The position numbers and the translations under genes are program-made. Positions 18,384 through 26,839 of a DNA stretch of 30,908 bases are shown here, piece after piece. The notes under the pieces were generated by a model that searched no databases, was not told where the DNA came from, and worked only from the letters and a program-made list of their open reading frames with translations. The stretch's first letter is position 1. Every line of letters begins with the position of its first letter. The DNA comes from Promethearchaeia archaeon (lineage in GTDB: Archaea; Asgardarchaeota; Lokiarchaeia; Sigyniarchaeales; SOKP01), in NCBI GenBank assembly GCA_029856045.1, contig JAHQWG010000029.1, positions 1 through 30,908 of the forward strand, given 5' to 3'.

Positions 18384-18869
18384 TTGTCGGAAAAATTAGA
18401 ATTTAAAGCTCTTGTAACAGGAGGAAAAGCGAGTGGGGGTCCTCCTATTGGACCTCTTGTTGGACCCACGGGAATTAATATTAAAGATGTAGTGGATATA
18501 ATAAATGAAAAAACGATGGCATTTAAGGGACTCAATGTTCCGGTTAGAATTATTTTAAATCCTACTGATAAAAGTTTTGAGGTGATTGTTGAAACTCCAT
18601 CAACATCTAGCTTACTACTTAAAGAAGCCGGAGCAGAAAAAGGTTCAGACGCTGCAGGTACAGAAAATATTGGAGATATCACTTTTGATCAAGTTATGAA
18701 TGTGGTCAACATGAAAAAGGATAAATTACTGGCTAAATCCTTAAAAGGCATGACCAAATCAATTTTAGGAACGTGTTTATCTATAGGATTATTAGTAGAT
18801 GGCCAAAATCCAAAAGAAATTCAAAATAAGATTGATACTGGAGAATATGATAATAAATTTAAGGAGTGA
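18384..18869 (+). CDS. rpl11: 50S ribosomal protein L11 (uL11)
   Basis: LVTGGKASGGPPIGPLVGPTGIN, INEKTMAFKGLNVPV, PSTSSLL, ILGTCLSIG; TTG start. Confidence 0.97.
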   Translation: MSEKLEFKALVTGGKASGGPPIGPLVGPTGINIKDVVDIINEKTMAFKGLNVPVRIILNPTDKSFEVIVETPSTSSLLLKEAGAEKGSDAAGTENIGDITFDQVMNVVNMKKDKLLAKSLKGMTKSILGTCLSIGLLVDGQNPKEIQNKIDTGEYDNKFKE

Positions 18870-19579
18870 AGAAAATGAAAGTTGATAATAACTTAATAAA
18901 ATCCGCTGTAAGCCAAACCATTGACTATTCTATAAAAAGAAAAGAAGGATTTAAAGATAAAGTGAGAAAATTTGATGAGTCAATTGATTTAATAATGAAT
19001 TTAAAAGATTTAAATTTAAATGATCCAAAAAATAGGATTGATGAAGAATTTATACTTCCACACAAAATATTACATGAAGATAAAGTTCCAGTATGTTTTA
19101 TTGCAACTGGAGATATTCAATTAAAAGCAAAAAAGTTGGGTTATGATGTTTTTGATGAGGAAGCACTCGAACAACTTGATAAGACTGATAAAAAAGAGAA
19201 GAAAAAATTTGTAAAAAGATATACATTTTTCATAGCAGAACAAAAATTGATGAGGTTAGTTGCTAGATATTTAGCGAGATTCTTGGGACCTCTTGGAAAA
19301 ATGCCCAAACCATCTCCTAAAGGATATGGTATAATAAGAGAACAAGATGATATAAATGATATTCTAGAAAGACATAGAAGAATTGTTAGATTAAAGATGA
19401 GGAAGCAACCTCTCATTCAATTAAAAGTTGCAAAAAAATCAATGGGTGAAGATAAAATTATTGAAAACATATTGTCTGTAATTAAACACATTGCAGATCA
19501 ATTACCAAATAAATGGAATGGAGTTAAATCAATTTATATCAAAACAACAATGGGAAAACCAGTAAAAATAGGTGAGTAA
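18866..19579 (+). CDS. rpl1: 50S ribosomal protein L1 (uL1); start may be ATG 18875
   Basis: RKFDESIDLIMNLKD, NRIDEEFILPH, LGPLGKMPKP, IYIKTTMGKPV; operon position. Confidence 0.96.
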   Translation: MKKMKVDNNLIKSAVSQTIDYSIKRKEGFKDKVRKFDESIDLIMNLKDLNLNDPKNRIDEEFILPHKILHEDKVPVCFIATGDIQLKAKKLGYDVFDEEALEQLDKTDKKEKKKFVKRYTFFIAEQKLMRLVARYLARFLGPLGKMPKPSPKGYGIIREQDDINDILERHRRIVRLKMRKQPLIQLKVAKKSMGEDKIIENILSVIKHIADQLPNKWNGVKSIYIKTTMGKPVKIGE

Positions 19580-19581
19580 AA

Positions 19582-20475
19582 ATGATACTGAAAAAAGAAA
19601 TACATCAATGGAAAAAAGACGCAGTTGACGATTTAGCAACCCTTATGGAAAATTACAAGGTTTTGGGATTAGTTGACTTATCAAATATGCCTGATAATTT
19701 AATTCAATTAATTCGTTTGAAGCTTAGAGATAAAGCGCTAATAAGGATGTCTAAAAAATCTTTATTATTAAGGGCATTAGATAAATATGAAAAAAAGTCA
19801 AAAAAGAAAAATCTTATAAAATTTGGAGAGAAAATTTTGGGTCAATCTGGCTTTATCTTTACAAATGCAGATCCTTTCGCATTAAAACGTTTATTTGATG
19901 AAAACAGGATGACAAGGTTTGCTAAAGATGGTGATATTGCACAAGAAGATATAATTGTACATGAAGGAGATACGGGACTGCCTACTGGACAAGCAATTAC
20001 AGAACTCCATTTAGTTTTAAAATTGCCAACTAAGATCAAAAATGATACAATTTGGATTACTTCTGATAAAATAACCCATTATAAAGGTGATGCAATTTCA
20101 TTAAAAGAAGCAGTTGTTTTAAGAAAGTTAAATATTAAGCCTATTGAAGTAAATATTAAATTTTATTGTGCGTGGGATAATGAAGAAATCATTCCTGACT
20201 CAATATTGAATTTGGACGTTGAAGACATTAAACATCAATTCTCATTAGGCATCCGGCAAGCTTTAGACGTTGCATGCGAATTACCGTTTATAATAAATGA
20301 TGCAGTTGAATATTGTACGAAAAAAGCAGCTTTAAACGCAAATATTGTCTTTTCACAAATTTTTGAAGAAAAAACATTACAAATTGAAGAAGAACATGTT
20401 GAAGAAGTGGAAGAAGAACCAGAAAAGAAAGATGAAGACCAACCACCAGAAGGATTAGGAAGTCTATTTGGATAA
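19582..20475 (+). CDS. rpl10: 50S ribosomal protein L10/P0 (uL10)
   Basis: WKKDAV, IRLKLR, MSKKSL, FTNADPF, AKDGDIA.EDI.V..GDTG, LRKLNIKP, acidic hinge and a C-terminal GLGSLFG. Confidence 0.95.
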   Translation: MILKKEIHQWKKDAVDDLATLMENYKVLGLVDLSNMPDNLIQLIRLKLRDKALIRMSKKSLLLRALDKYEKKSKKKNLIKFGEKILGQSGFIFTNADPFALKRLFDENRMTRFAKDGDIAQEDIIVHEGDTGLPTGQAITELHLVLKLPTKIKNDTIWITSDKITHYKGDAISLKEAVVLRKLNIKPIEVNIKFYCAWDNEEIIPDSILNLDVEDIKHQFSLGIRQALDVACELPFIINDAVEYCTKKAALNANIVFSQIFEEKTLQIEEEHVEEVEEEPEKKDEDQPPEGLGSLFG

Positions 20476-20539
20476 TTTTATAAAATTTATATAAAAAATA
20501 AAAAAAATGAAAAAAATAATAATATTAAAATTTAAATAA

Positions 20540-20547
20540 AGGAGGAA
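20540..20547 (+). promoter_or_regulatory. Shine-Dalgarno sequence of rpl12
   Basis: AGGAGGAA ending 6 nt before ATG 20554. Confidence 0.7.
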
Positions 20548-20553
20548 ATAACT

Positions 20554-20856
20554 ATGGAGTCAATATATGCAGCCCTATTAATTTTCAAGGCAAAGGGAAA
20601 TAAAGCAATAACTGAAACGAATCTTGATAAAGTTTTAAAAGCCGCAGGTGCAGAAGTAGATCCAGAACAGCTTAAAAAGTTAGTTATAGGACTTAAATCA
20701 ACAGATTTGGATGCGATCATCAAGAACGCAAGTACGATGCCGGTAGGAGTCTCAACTGCACCAGTTGAAGACAAGAAAAAACCTTCGAAGAAAGAGAAAG
20801 AACCTGAGAAGGAAGAAGTTGAAGAAGAGCCCGCGGGAATTGGTAGTCTATTCTAA
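20554..20856 (+). CDS. rpl12: Ribosomal stalk protein P1 (aL12)
   Basis: MESIYAALLI, ITETNLDKVLKAAG, acidic hinge, C-terminal GIGSLF. Confidence 0.95.
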   Translation: MESIYAALLIFKAKGNKAITETNLDKVLKAAGAEVDPEQLKKLVIGLKSTDLDAIIKNASTMPVGVSTAPVEDKKKPSKKEKEPEKEEVEEEPAGIGSLF

Positions 20857-20857
20857 A

Positions 20858-20869
20858 TTTTTTTTTTTT
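20858..20869 (+). terminator. Oligo-T terminator candidate of the r-protein operon
   Basis: A run of 12 T immediately after the rpl12 stop. Confidence 0.55.
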
Positions 20870-20975
20870 ATATTATCTCTATTTTAAATCATTTTTATCT
20901 TTAAAGATTTAATTGGACTAATGAATAAGAATGATGAGATGAATTTAAAAAAAAGTTAATTAAAGCGTTCTTTAA

Positions 20976-21518
20976 TTAAAAATCCATTTTTGCATGTTTT
21001 TTCTTACTTTCTTCAAGAAGGATTTGAGCTAAAACTTCGAATGCTTTTTCTACGTTTTGACCAGTCTTTGAACTTAACTCGACAAACGATCTCATGTTGT
21101 ATCTCTTTGCAGCATTTATACCATCCTCTCTTTTCACAGATCGATATTCAGATAAATCAGCTTTTGAACCAACCAACATTAAAGGAACATCTCCTGCATT
21201 TTCTCGTACAATATAACTCCAGTCAGGTAAATGTGATAGACTAGCAGGATGTGTTATGTCATATAGAATAAATGCCCCACTAGCTCCTTTAGCGTATTGT
21301 GGGAGTAGAAATCTGAATCTTTCTTCACCCCCAAAATCCCAAAGTTGAAGTTTTATCCGTTCCCCGTTAAAAAAAACTGATTTAGAAAAGAAATCCACTC
21401 CAATAGTGAGCCTTAGATCCTCTACAAAAAATCCTGAGATATATCTTAATGTTAGTGAAGTTTTTCCGACCGATGCATCCCCTAGCATAAGGACTTTAAA
21501 TGTATAGTCTGATTCCAT
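20976..21518 (-). CDS. Rab-like small GTPase (Ras superfamily); start ATG 21518 (MESDYTFK) preferred
   Basis: G1 GDASVGKTS, G2 TIGVDF, G3 WDFGGEERF, G4 GSKAD, G5 ELSSK; matches to the RabF motifs. Confidence 0.93.
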   Translation of the reverse strand: MESDYTFKVLMLGDASVGKTSLTLRYISGFFVEDLRLTIGVDFFSKSVFFNGERIKLQLWDFGGEERFRFLLPQYAKGASGAFILYDITHPASLSHLPDWSYIVRENAGDVPLMLVGSKADLSEYRSVKREDGINAAKRYNMRSFVELSSKTGQNVEKAFEVLAQILLEESKKKHAKMDF

Positions 21519-21731
21519 TAATCTTTCCGTATTTTTTTTAAACAATGCAAATATAATCAATAATGAGAAAATTATTTTGATTATATATTCTTTATACATT
21601 ATTTATATTGCTTATCGAGTTAATAAATTTTTTTTATTATTAGAATAATGATATTGATGTTCTATATTTCTGACAAATTTTTATTCCCTTTTGAATTCAA
21701 ATGTTCTTATTCATTCTTTCTTAGAGTTTAA

Positions 21732-22385
21732 TTAAAATAAAAATAGTAAAGTATTAAAAGTTGCATGTGTCACTACAACGGGAATAAGTGAATAATTAAA
21801 ATTCTTAAATAATAATGCTAGGATCATACCAAAGATGAAAAAATATCCAAAATATGTAAATATTGTTTGGAATGGGACAAGAAATGGAGGGACATGATAT
21901 AGGGCAAAACAGAAAGATGATAGAAATACTGCTATAATTCTATGGTTTTTCTTATAGACTCTCTTAGCAATAAAACCTCGAAAAAACCCTTCCTCACAAG
22001 GAGCGATAATTAATATTTGAAGAATAAGAATAATAAACATTTCCAACATATTTGGGGAAACTGGAGTTGTATCTATTGCTCCTTCTTCTGCCTTTTGTAA
22101 AAATTCAGAACCAAATAGATTTTCTGTTATTATATATTTAAAAAATATTATAAGATAATCTGCCATCAGCAAAAAAAAACCTCCTATTGAGAATCCAACC
22201 AAAATTTTGTAACTTTGTTTTCTAAATTTTTGTTGACTTTTTGTAAAACCCATTTCCAATAATTCATCTTTGAAAGAACACTTATCTGGAAATTTTGCGA
22301 TTAAAGCCGGTATAACAATGAAAAATATTTCAAATAATGTTAAAAAAATCAAAATAATTGGTTCTTGCCCTAAATTTAGCGACAT
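21732..22385 (-). CDS. CPBP (CAAX protease type II / Rce1 / Abi) family intramembrane glutamic protease
   Basis: APCEEGFFRG (EExxxR), FALYH (FxxxH), HATFN (HxxxN); multiple hydrophobic segments. Confidence 0.9.
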   Translation of the reverse strand: MSLNLGQEPIILIFLTLFEIFFIVIPALIAKFPDKCSFKDELLEMGFTKSQQKFRKQSYKILVGFSIGGFFLLMADYLIIFFKYIITENLFGSEFLQKAEEGAIDTTPVSPNMLEMFIILILQILIIAPCEEGFFRGFIAKRVYKKNHRIIAVFLSSFCFALYHVPPFLVPFQTIFTYFGYFFIFGMILALLFKNFNYSLIPVVVTHATFNTLLFLF

Positions 22386-22513
22386 TGGAATACAGCAGAA
22401 TCTCGTTTTTACGAGGTAATTAAGAATTTAATAAATTTTTTTTAATTTATAATTTGTTAAATTAGCTCTCTCTCTCCCTTTAAATTATATTTAATTTCAT
22501 GTTAAAGTAACCA

Positions 22514-23779
22514 ATGATAGAACAAGGTATGATTAAAAAGAATCATTCAAAAGGCTACTCCAAACGAGAAATATCAATTGGTACAACCAAAGAACGGTGC
22601 TTAACTGATGATTTAACCAAAATTGCTAAAGAATTTTCAAGTATTGAGAAGACTAAGCAATCTTTTGCACAACTTATTCGAAATCAACTACCAAATCTTG
22701 ATTTTTCTGAATACATAAAATTTTACAGTTATCGTATTAAAGAGATGTCCTTGGTAAAACCAGTGAAACCTACAAGTATTAAGGGGTTAAAGATTGCAGC
22801 AGTTGATGGAAGTCTTGTTACAAAAAAATTCCAAGGTATTGATTTAATCTTCTTGAAATCTATCGTGGTAAAATATTTCTTTACAAGCCAACATTCTGCA
22901 GAAATTAAATATTATCCTGATGTTAGCGGCTATAATAATTATTCTATTCAAACTAATTATTTCAATATTAATGAAAATGGCATTGATCTAACAGGGTCTT
23001 TAGAGCAAACATTCATGGAAATAAATCAATTAAATTCTTTGCTAAAAAATAATGATGAATATATTGATTTAATAATTTTAGATGGTTCAATCCTTGTTAC
23101 TCCTATCAATTTATTATTTTCACAAAATTATGAAATTTCTAAAAGATATGACCGAGTTCTTAGAGAATATAGAAACCTCTATAAAAAATGTCAAGAGAGG
23201 GGTATCACATTAATCGGCTCAATTAAAGACACTCGAACGTCAGCTTTAACTAATACACTTACTCAAACTATCCAAATGTTAATTTCTGGAAAAAAAATAC
23301 TTCATGAGTTCTTAAAAATTAATTATCGTGAAATAATGAATTATTTTTCAGATTATGATCTCTTTTCGAGAGTATTAAATGTAGGAGAAAGAAGTTGTGT
23401 TTTTAGATGTAATACTGATATTGATAAGATAAGACATACTAATATTAAGAAGAATATCCCAAATTACTTTCCTGTAGATTTTTTTGCATTTTACCTAAAA
23501 AATGTCCCTTATGATAATCCATTAAGATTGGAATTTTTTATGGATGAGAGCCATGATATAAATGATATTTCGAAAAAAGCAGATTTAATTGCATCCATAA
23601 TATACCCACTTTCAAATCTTAATAGAAATTATGGAATTCCGATCCCTCAAATAGAATCTCACCAAAGGTCTGTCTTTAAATCTAATGAGATAAATTTAAT
23701 CTTTAATTCATTGAAAACACTATTACACAAATATGGCATATCTTTTTTTGAAAAAAGAAGAAATCGACGACCTTTTTAA
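22514..23779 (+). CDS. nurA: NurA-family 5'-3' nuclease
   Basis: IAAVDGS, LIILDGS, LIGSIKD, FYLK..P...PLRLEF, YGIPIPQIESHQRS, C-terminal RRNRRPF. Confidence 0.85.
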   Translation: MIEQGMIKKNHSKGYSKREISIGTTKERCLTDDLTKIAKEFSSIEKTKQSFAQLIRNQLPNLDFSEYIKFYSYRIKEMSLVKPVKPTSIKGLKIAAVDGSLVTKKFQGIDLIFLKSIVVKYFFTSQHSAEIKYYPDVSGYNNYSIQTNYFNINENGIDLTGSLEQTFMEINQLNSLLKNNDEYIDLIILDGSILVTPINLLFSQNYEISKRYDRVLREYRNLYKKCQERGITLIGSIKDTRTSALTNTLTQTIQMLISGKKILHEFLKINYREIMNYFSDYDLFSRVLNVGERSCVFRCNTDIDKIRHTNIKKNIPNYFPVDFFAFYLKNVPYDNPLRLEFFMDESHDINDISKKADLIASIIYPLSNLNRNYGIPIPQIESHQRSVFKSNEINLIFNSLKTLLHKYGISFFEKRRNRRPF

Positions 23780-23781
23780 AA

Positions 23782-24459
23782 TTAAATCCTTGTAATACGA
23801 TGTAAAATAATATCCTCAAAAAAAAAATGAGCTTTTTTTAAAATTTTTAGTTCAAACCCCAATTTTTCTATTTTTGCATAAAGTACATCAAGAGCTGAAT
23901 TACTTGAAAATAAGAAATAGATAAAAGATTTTTCCATAGGAGATAAAAATTCTATAGATTGAATTAAAAAATTTTCAAATATTTCAATTCCTTTTTTCCC
24001 GCCGTCCCAGCTATAAAAAATTTTTTTTTCATTTTTTTTTTTAAAAATTGACTCGGAAGGTAAATAAGGTGGGTTGAAAAAAATAATATTAAATTTATGT
24101 TCCAATGAAGTTGGAAAATTATTAAAAAGATTAGAGTGAATAAAGACGATTTCATTCTCTAAACCATTTTTTTTGGCATTTTTTTTCGAAAGTTTAATTG
24201 CATCTAAGAGGATATCAGAGGCGTAAATCTTAATATTCAAACCTAAATTGAATTTGAAATATTTTGCAAAAAAAATGGCAATTATTCCTGTGCCCGTGCC
24301 CATATCGAGAATATATGAAATTTTATTTAATTTTATTCCATCAATATTATCTTTGTTAATAAATTGCTTGAAATATTTCAAAAATAAGTAAGTATCATCT
24401 GAAGGCTTATATACATTTTTATTAAAATCTAAGTTTAATTCCTTAGAAATGTCATCCAT
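23782..24459 (-). CDS. hemK: HemK2/Mtq2-type protein-glutamine methyltransferase (putative aRF1 methylase)
   Basis: VYKPSDDTYL, LDMGTGTG, FNPPYLP, SWDGGKKG, FFFEDI; position downstream of rsmA. Confidence 0.87.
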   Translation of the reverse strand: MDDISKELNLDFNKNVYKPSDDTYLFLKYFKQFINKDNIDGIKLNKISYILDMGTGTGIIAIFFAKYFKFNLGLNIKIYASDILLDAIKLSKKNAKKNGLENEIVFIHSNLFNNFPTSLEHKFNIIFFNPPYLPSESIFKKKNEKKIFYSWDGGKKGIEIFENFLIQSIEFLSPMEKSFIYFLFSSNSALDVLYAKIEKLGFELKILKKAHFFFEDIILHRITRI

Positions 24460-24484
24460 AGAAATTGTATTGGAATTATCCTTT

Positions 24485-25363
24485 CTAATCCTTATCCCAC
24501 AACTCTTTTAGCTTAATTAATTTTGCAATTTTTAACAGGTCATCTTTTGAAAATGCTCTCACTTTTTTCTCTTTCTGATTATCTTCTAATAGATTGTATA
24601 TTTCATTTCTTCCAACCTTAAAAATTCTAAGATATAAATATAAAGCTTTTGAAATGTTTTTATTCTTATAAGGAAAAATCCCTCTTAATAAATCTAAATA
24701 TGATTTCCTATTATTCTTATCTTTTAAAAAAATATCAATCTTTTGATGAGGTATAAGTTTAATCATAGCTAATTTGATTTTTGGAACAGGATAAAAGCAA
24801 TGTGGTGAGACTTCTTTAATTATTGTAGGTTTTACAAACGTATTCACGGATACACTCAAACGGCTATAATTTTTATCATTTGGTTTAGCAACTATTCTCT
24901 TAGCTAATCGTTCTTCAATAATCATATATACTTCAGGAATTTCATCCTTCATAAGAATTTTTGAAATAATAGGGCCTGTCATTGTATATGGAATATTTGA
25001 AACAACCTTATTATAAAAAGGAATTTCAATTTTTAAAAAATTTCCATAAATTAAATTTAAATTCTCCTTGTTTGAAACATATTTCTTCAAGAAGTTATAA
25101 AGTTTGAAATCATATTCTACTGCATGTACTTTTTTAGCATTTTGAATTAAAATAAAAGTTAATCCTCCTAGTCCAGCCCCTATTTCTAAAATCTCATCAT
25201 GATTTTTTGACAATTTTGCCTCTAAAATTAATCGATTTGCCATATTTTTATCTGTTAAAAAGTTTTGTCCTAATCTCTTTTTTGGAATAATATTTAATCT
25301 CTTTAAAATTATTTTAGGTTTAAACGGATCCCAGTTTGAATTTTCTTGATTTAAACTCAACAT
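24485..25363 (-). CDS. rsmA: 16S rRNA adenine dimethyltransferase (KsgA/Dim1)
   Basis: PKKRLGQNFL, LEIGAGLG.LT, VVSNIPY, YSRLSV, FYPVPKI. Confidence 0.95.
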   Translation of the reverse strand: MLSLNQENSNWDPFKPKIILKRLNIIPKKRLGQNFLTDKNMANRLILEAKLSKNHDEILEIGAGLGGLTFILIQNAKKVHAVEYDFKLYNFLKKYVSNKENLNLIYGNFLKIEIPFYNKVVSNIPYTMTGPIISKILMKDEIPEVYMIIEERLAKRIVAKPNDKNYSRLSVSVNTFVKPTIIKEVSPHCFYPVPKIKLAMIKLIPHQKIDIFLKDKNNRKSYLDLLRGIFPYKNKNISKALYLYLRIFKVGRNEIYNLLEDNQKEKKVRAFSKDDLLKIAKLIKLKELWDKD

Positions 25364-25469
25364 TTTTTATATTGCCATTTTAGAGAAGTTTATAGTAAAA
25401 ACAGAATAATGATTATAAGTGAGAATTTTAAATATTATTTTTTTGTATAATAAATTGAAAATAAATGTT

Positions 25470-26192
25470 TTATTTCTGAAATTTTTCACGTCTTAATTGA
25501 GAACGACGTTTCTCATATCTTGGTGAGTATTGCCTTCTAGAATCAGTTCTAACTTGTTCATATCGTTGGGTTTTTGAGAATATATAATATTTCACATCTC
25601 GAGTTAATTCTTTAATAATTAATTTTACTAAAAGATGAACTGGGTCTGAGATACTTGTTCTTTGAGACATATCTTCGAAAGATTCAAATTTTTTTATATT
25701 TCTTGCTTTAATTATTTCCCACATTAATTTGTTGCCTATTCCTGGAATTAATTGAAGTTGGTGTAGTCTTGGTGTTATTGAAACGGAATTATTAAAAAAA
25801 TATATATATTCTTCAGCTTGTTCTTTAATTCTTTCCTCTAGAACTGAATGTAATAAAGCTTTAGATGTAGGAGTTAAATCATTGTGATCAATTTTTTTTG
25901 TTACTTTTCCTAATTTGTGAGATTCTCTGAAATCTCCATAAATCCCCTTATCTTGAACTTTTAAATCCGAATCTCTAATAAATTCTACTTCATAAAGAAC
26001 GAAATCTTCGAGACTTATTAATTGAACAATGGGTCTCTGTTTATGCATTGGCACATCATTTGAGAAGTGGCCATGCAAAAGAATATCAAGGATTTGAATT
26101 AATCTATCTTTCTTTATAAATTGACTTTTCCCTTTTTCTCTCCCTCTAGGAGATTTACCTCTTCTCGAATAGCCCAAATCCCTATTATTCAA
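25470..26192 (-). CDS. DUF655 (COG1491-like) predicted nucleic-acid-binding protein with an HhH motif
   Basis: ILD.L.HG, P.VQ, DLT, FFNNSVSITPRLHQLQLIPGIGNKLMWEII, FESFED; conserved position between rpoF and rsmA. Confidence 0.88.
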   Translation of the reverse strand: MNNRDLGYSRRGKSPRGREKGKSQFIKKDRLIQILDILLHGHFSNDVPMHKQRPIVQLISLEDFVLYEVEFIRDSDLKVQDKGIYGDFRESHKLGKVTKKIDHNDLTPTSKALLHSVLEERIKEQAEEYIYFFNNSVSITPRLHQLQLIPGIGNKLMWEIIKARNIKKFESFEDMSQRTSISDPVHLLVKLIIKELTRDVKYYIFSKTQRYEQVRTDSRRQYSPRYEKRRSQLRREKFQK

Positions 26193-26349
26193 TATAAATC
26201 AACTTAACCCTTTTGAAATTTCGCCTAAATTAGTTTATCAAGAAATATTTTTTAAAATTTCTTTAAGTTATAATTCATTAATTTTACAATAATTTTCTAT
26301 AAACTATTTAAATATTTAAATCTTAATTTGAATGGATCTAAAATATTAG

Positions 26350-26421
26350 AAAAAAAAACATATTTGCCAAGGTTGATGAGGTTTAAAGAGACGGAGGAGA
26401 TGGAGAAGAAACCACCAAACC
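26350..26421 (-). terminator. Imperfect hairpin plus T9 tract directly after the rpoF stop (possible structured 3' UTR or small RNA)
   Basis: Minus strand: GGTTTGGTGGTTT, a 24-nt loop, AAACCTCATCAACC, then T9 at 26358-26350. Confidence 0.45.
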
Positions 26422-26786
26422 TATTTTGACTTAATTTCACTTATTTTATATAAAATTTCTTGTAATTTATCTAAATCAAAATTTTTCCCTTCTGAGCTTT
26501 TTTCGAAGATAGTTTTTAATTCTGGCACGGTCTGCGGATCTATATTCACTACATTCACAGCAAAAACATGTTCGATATTATAATTCTCCGAAAGCATTTT
26601 TATTATCTCTAAAGTTTGCTTCTCAGAAAATTTCGAAAATTTCGAAACATATTCTAATGTTATTTGCTGGAAATGGGACATCTCTTCCGTTGTTCCTGAA
26701 TCAATAATTATTTTTTTAAATTTTTTCATTAATTCTTTAACTTCCGGAATTGAAAGAATTTTTTCTTCTATTAATTTTCGACTAAT
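26421..26786 (-). CDS. rpoF: DNA-directed RNA polymerase subunit Rpo4 (RpoF); probable start at ATT 26786
   Basis: QQITLEYVSKFSK, AVNVVNIDPQTVPELKTIF. The in-frame upstream extension ISRKLIEEKILSIPEVKELM resembles the RpoF N-terminus. Lies between rpl21e and DUF655. Confidence 0.88.
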   Translation of the reverse strand: MSRKLIEEKILSIPEVKELMKKFKKIIIDSGTTEEMSHFQQITLEYVSKFSKFSEKQTLEIIKMLSENYNIEHVFAVNVVNIDPQTVPELKTIFEKSSEGKNFDLDKLQEILYKISEIKSK

Positions 26787-26839
26787 TTTTAATACCCCTT
26801 TAAAATTACTTTTATGGATAAATTATTGTTTCACTCAAC

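Noticed and set aside
21519-21599. Hydrophobic 27-aa N-terminal extension on the GTPase as a membrane anchor
   Set aside because: It is probably translated AT-rich intergenic DNA; ATG 21518 gives a typical Rab-like N-terminus. It cannot be strictly excluded without proteomics.
22465-22480. (CT)n tract between the CPBP gene and nurA
   Set aside because: It is short and not accompanied by any structure or second long copy; not supportable as a feature.
24015-24046. Long homopolymer runs in hemK as a slippage or phase-variation site
   Set aside because: The frame is intact and A/T runs are ubiquitous in this AT-rich, Lys-rich sequence.
26371-26421. Plus-strand ATGA...AAA hairpin as a SECIS element, or TGATGA as box C of a C/D sRNA
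   Set aside because: There is no GA on the 3' arm to form the SECIS core, no upstream plus-strand gene with an in-frame TGA, and no suitably placed CTGA box D.
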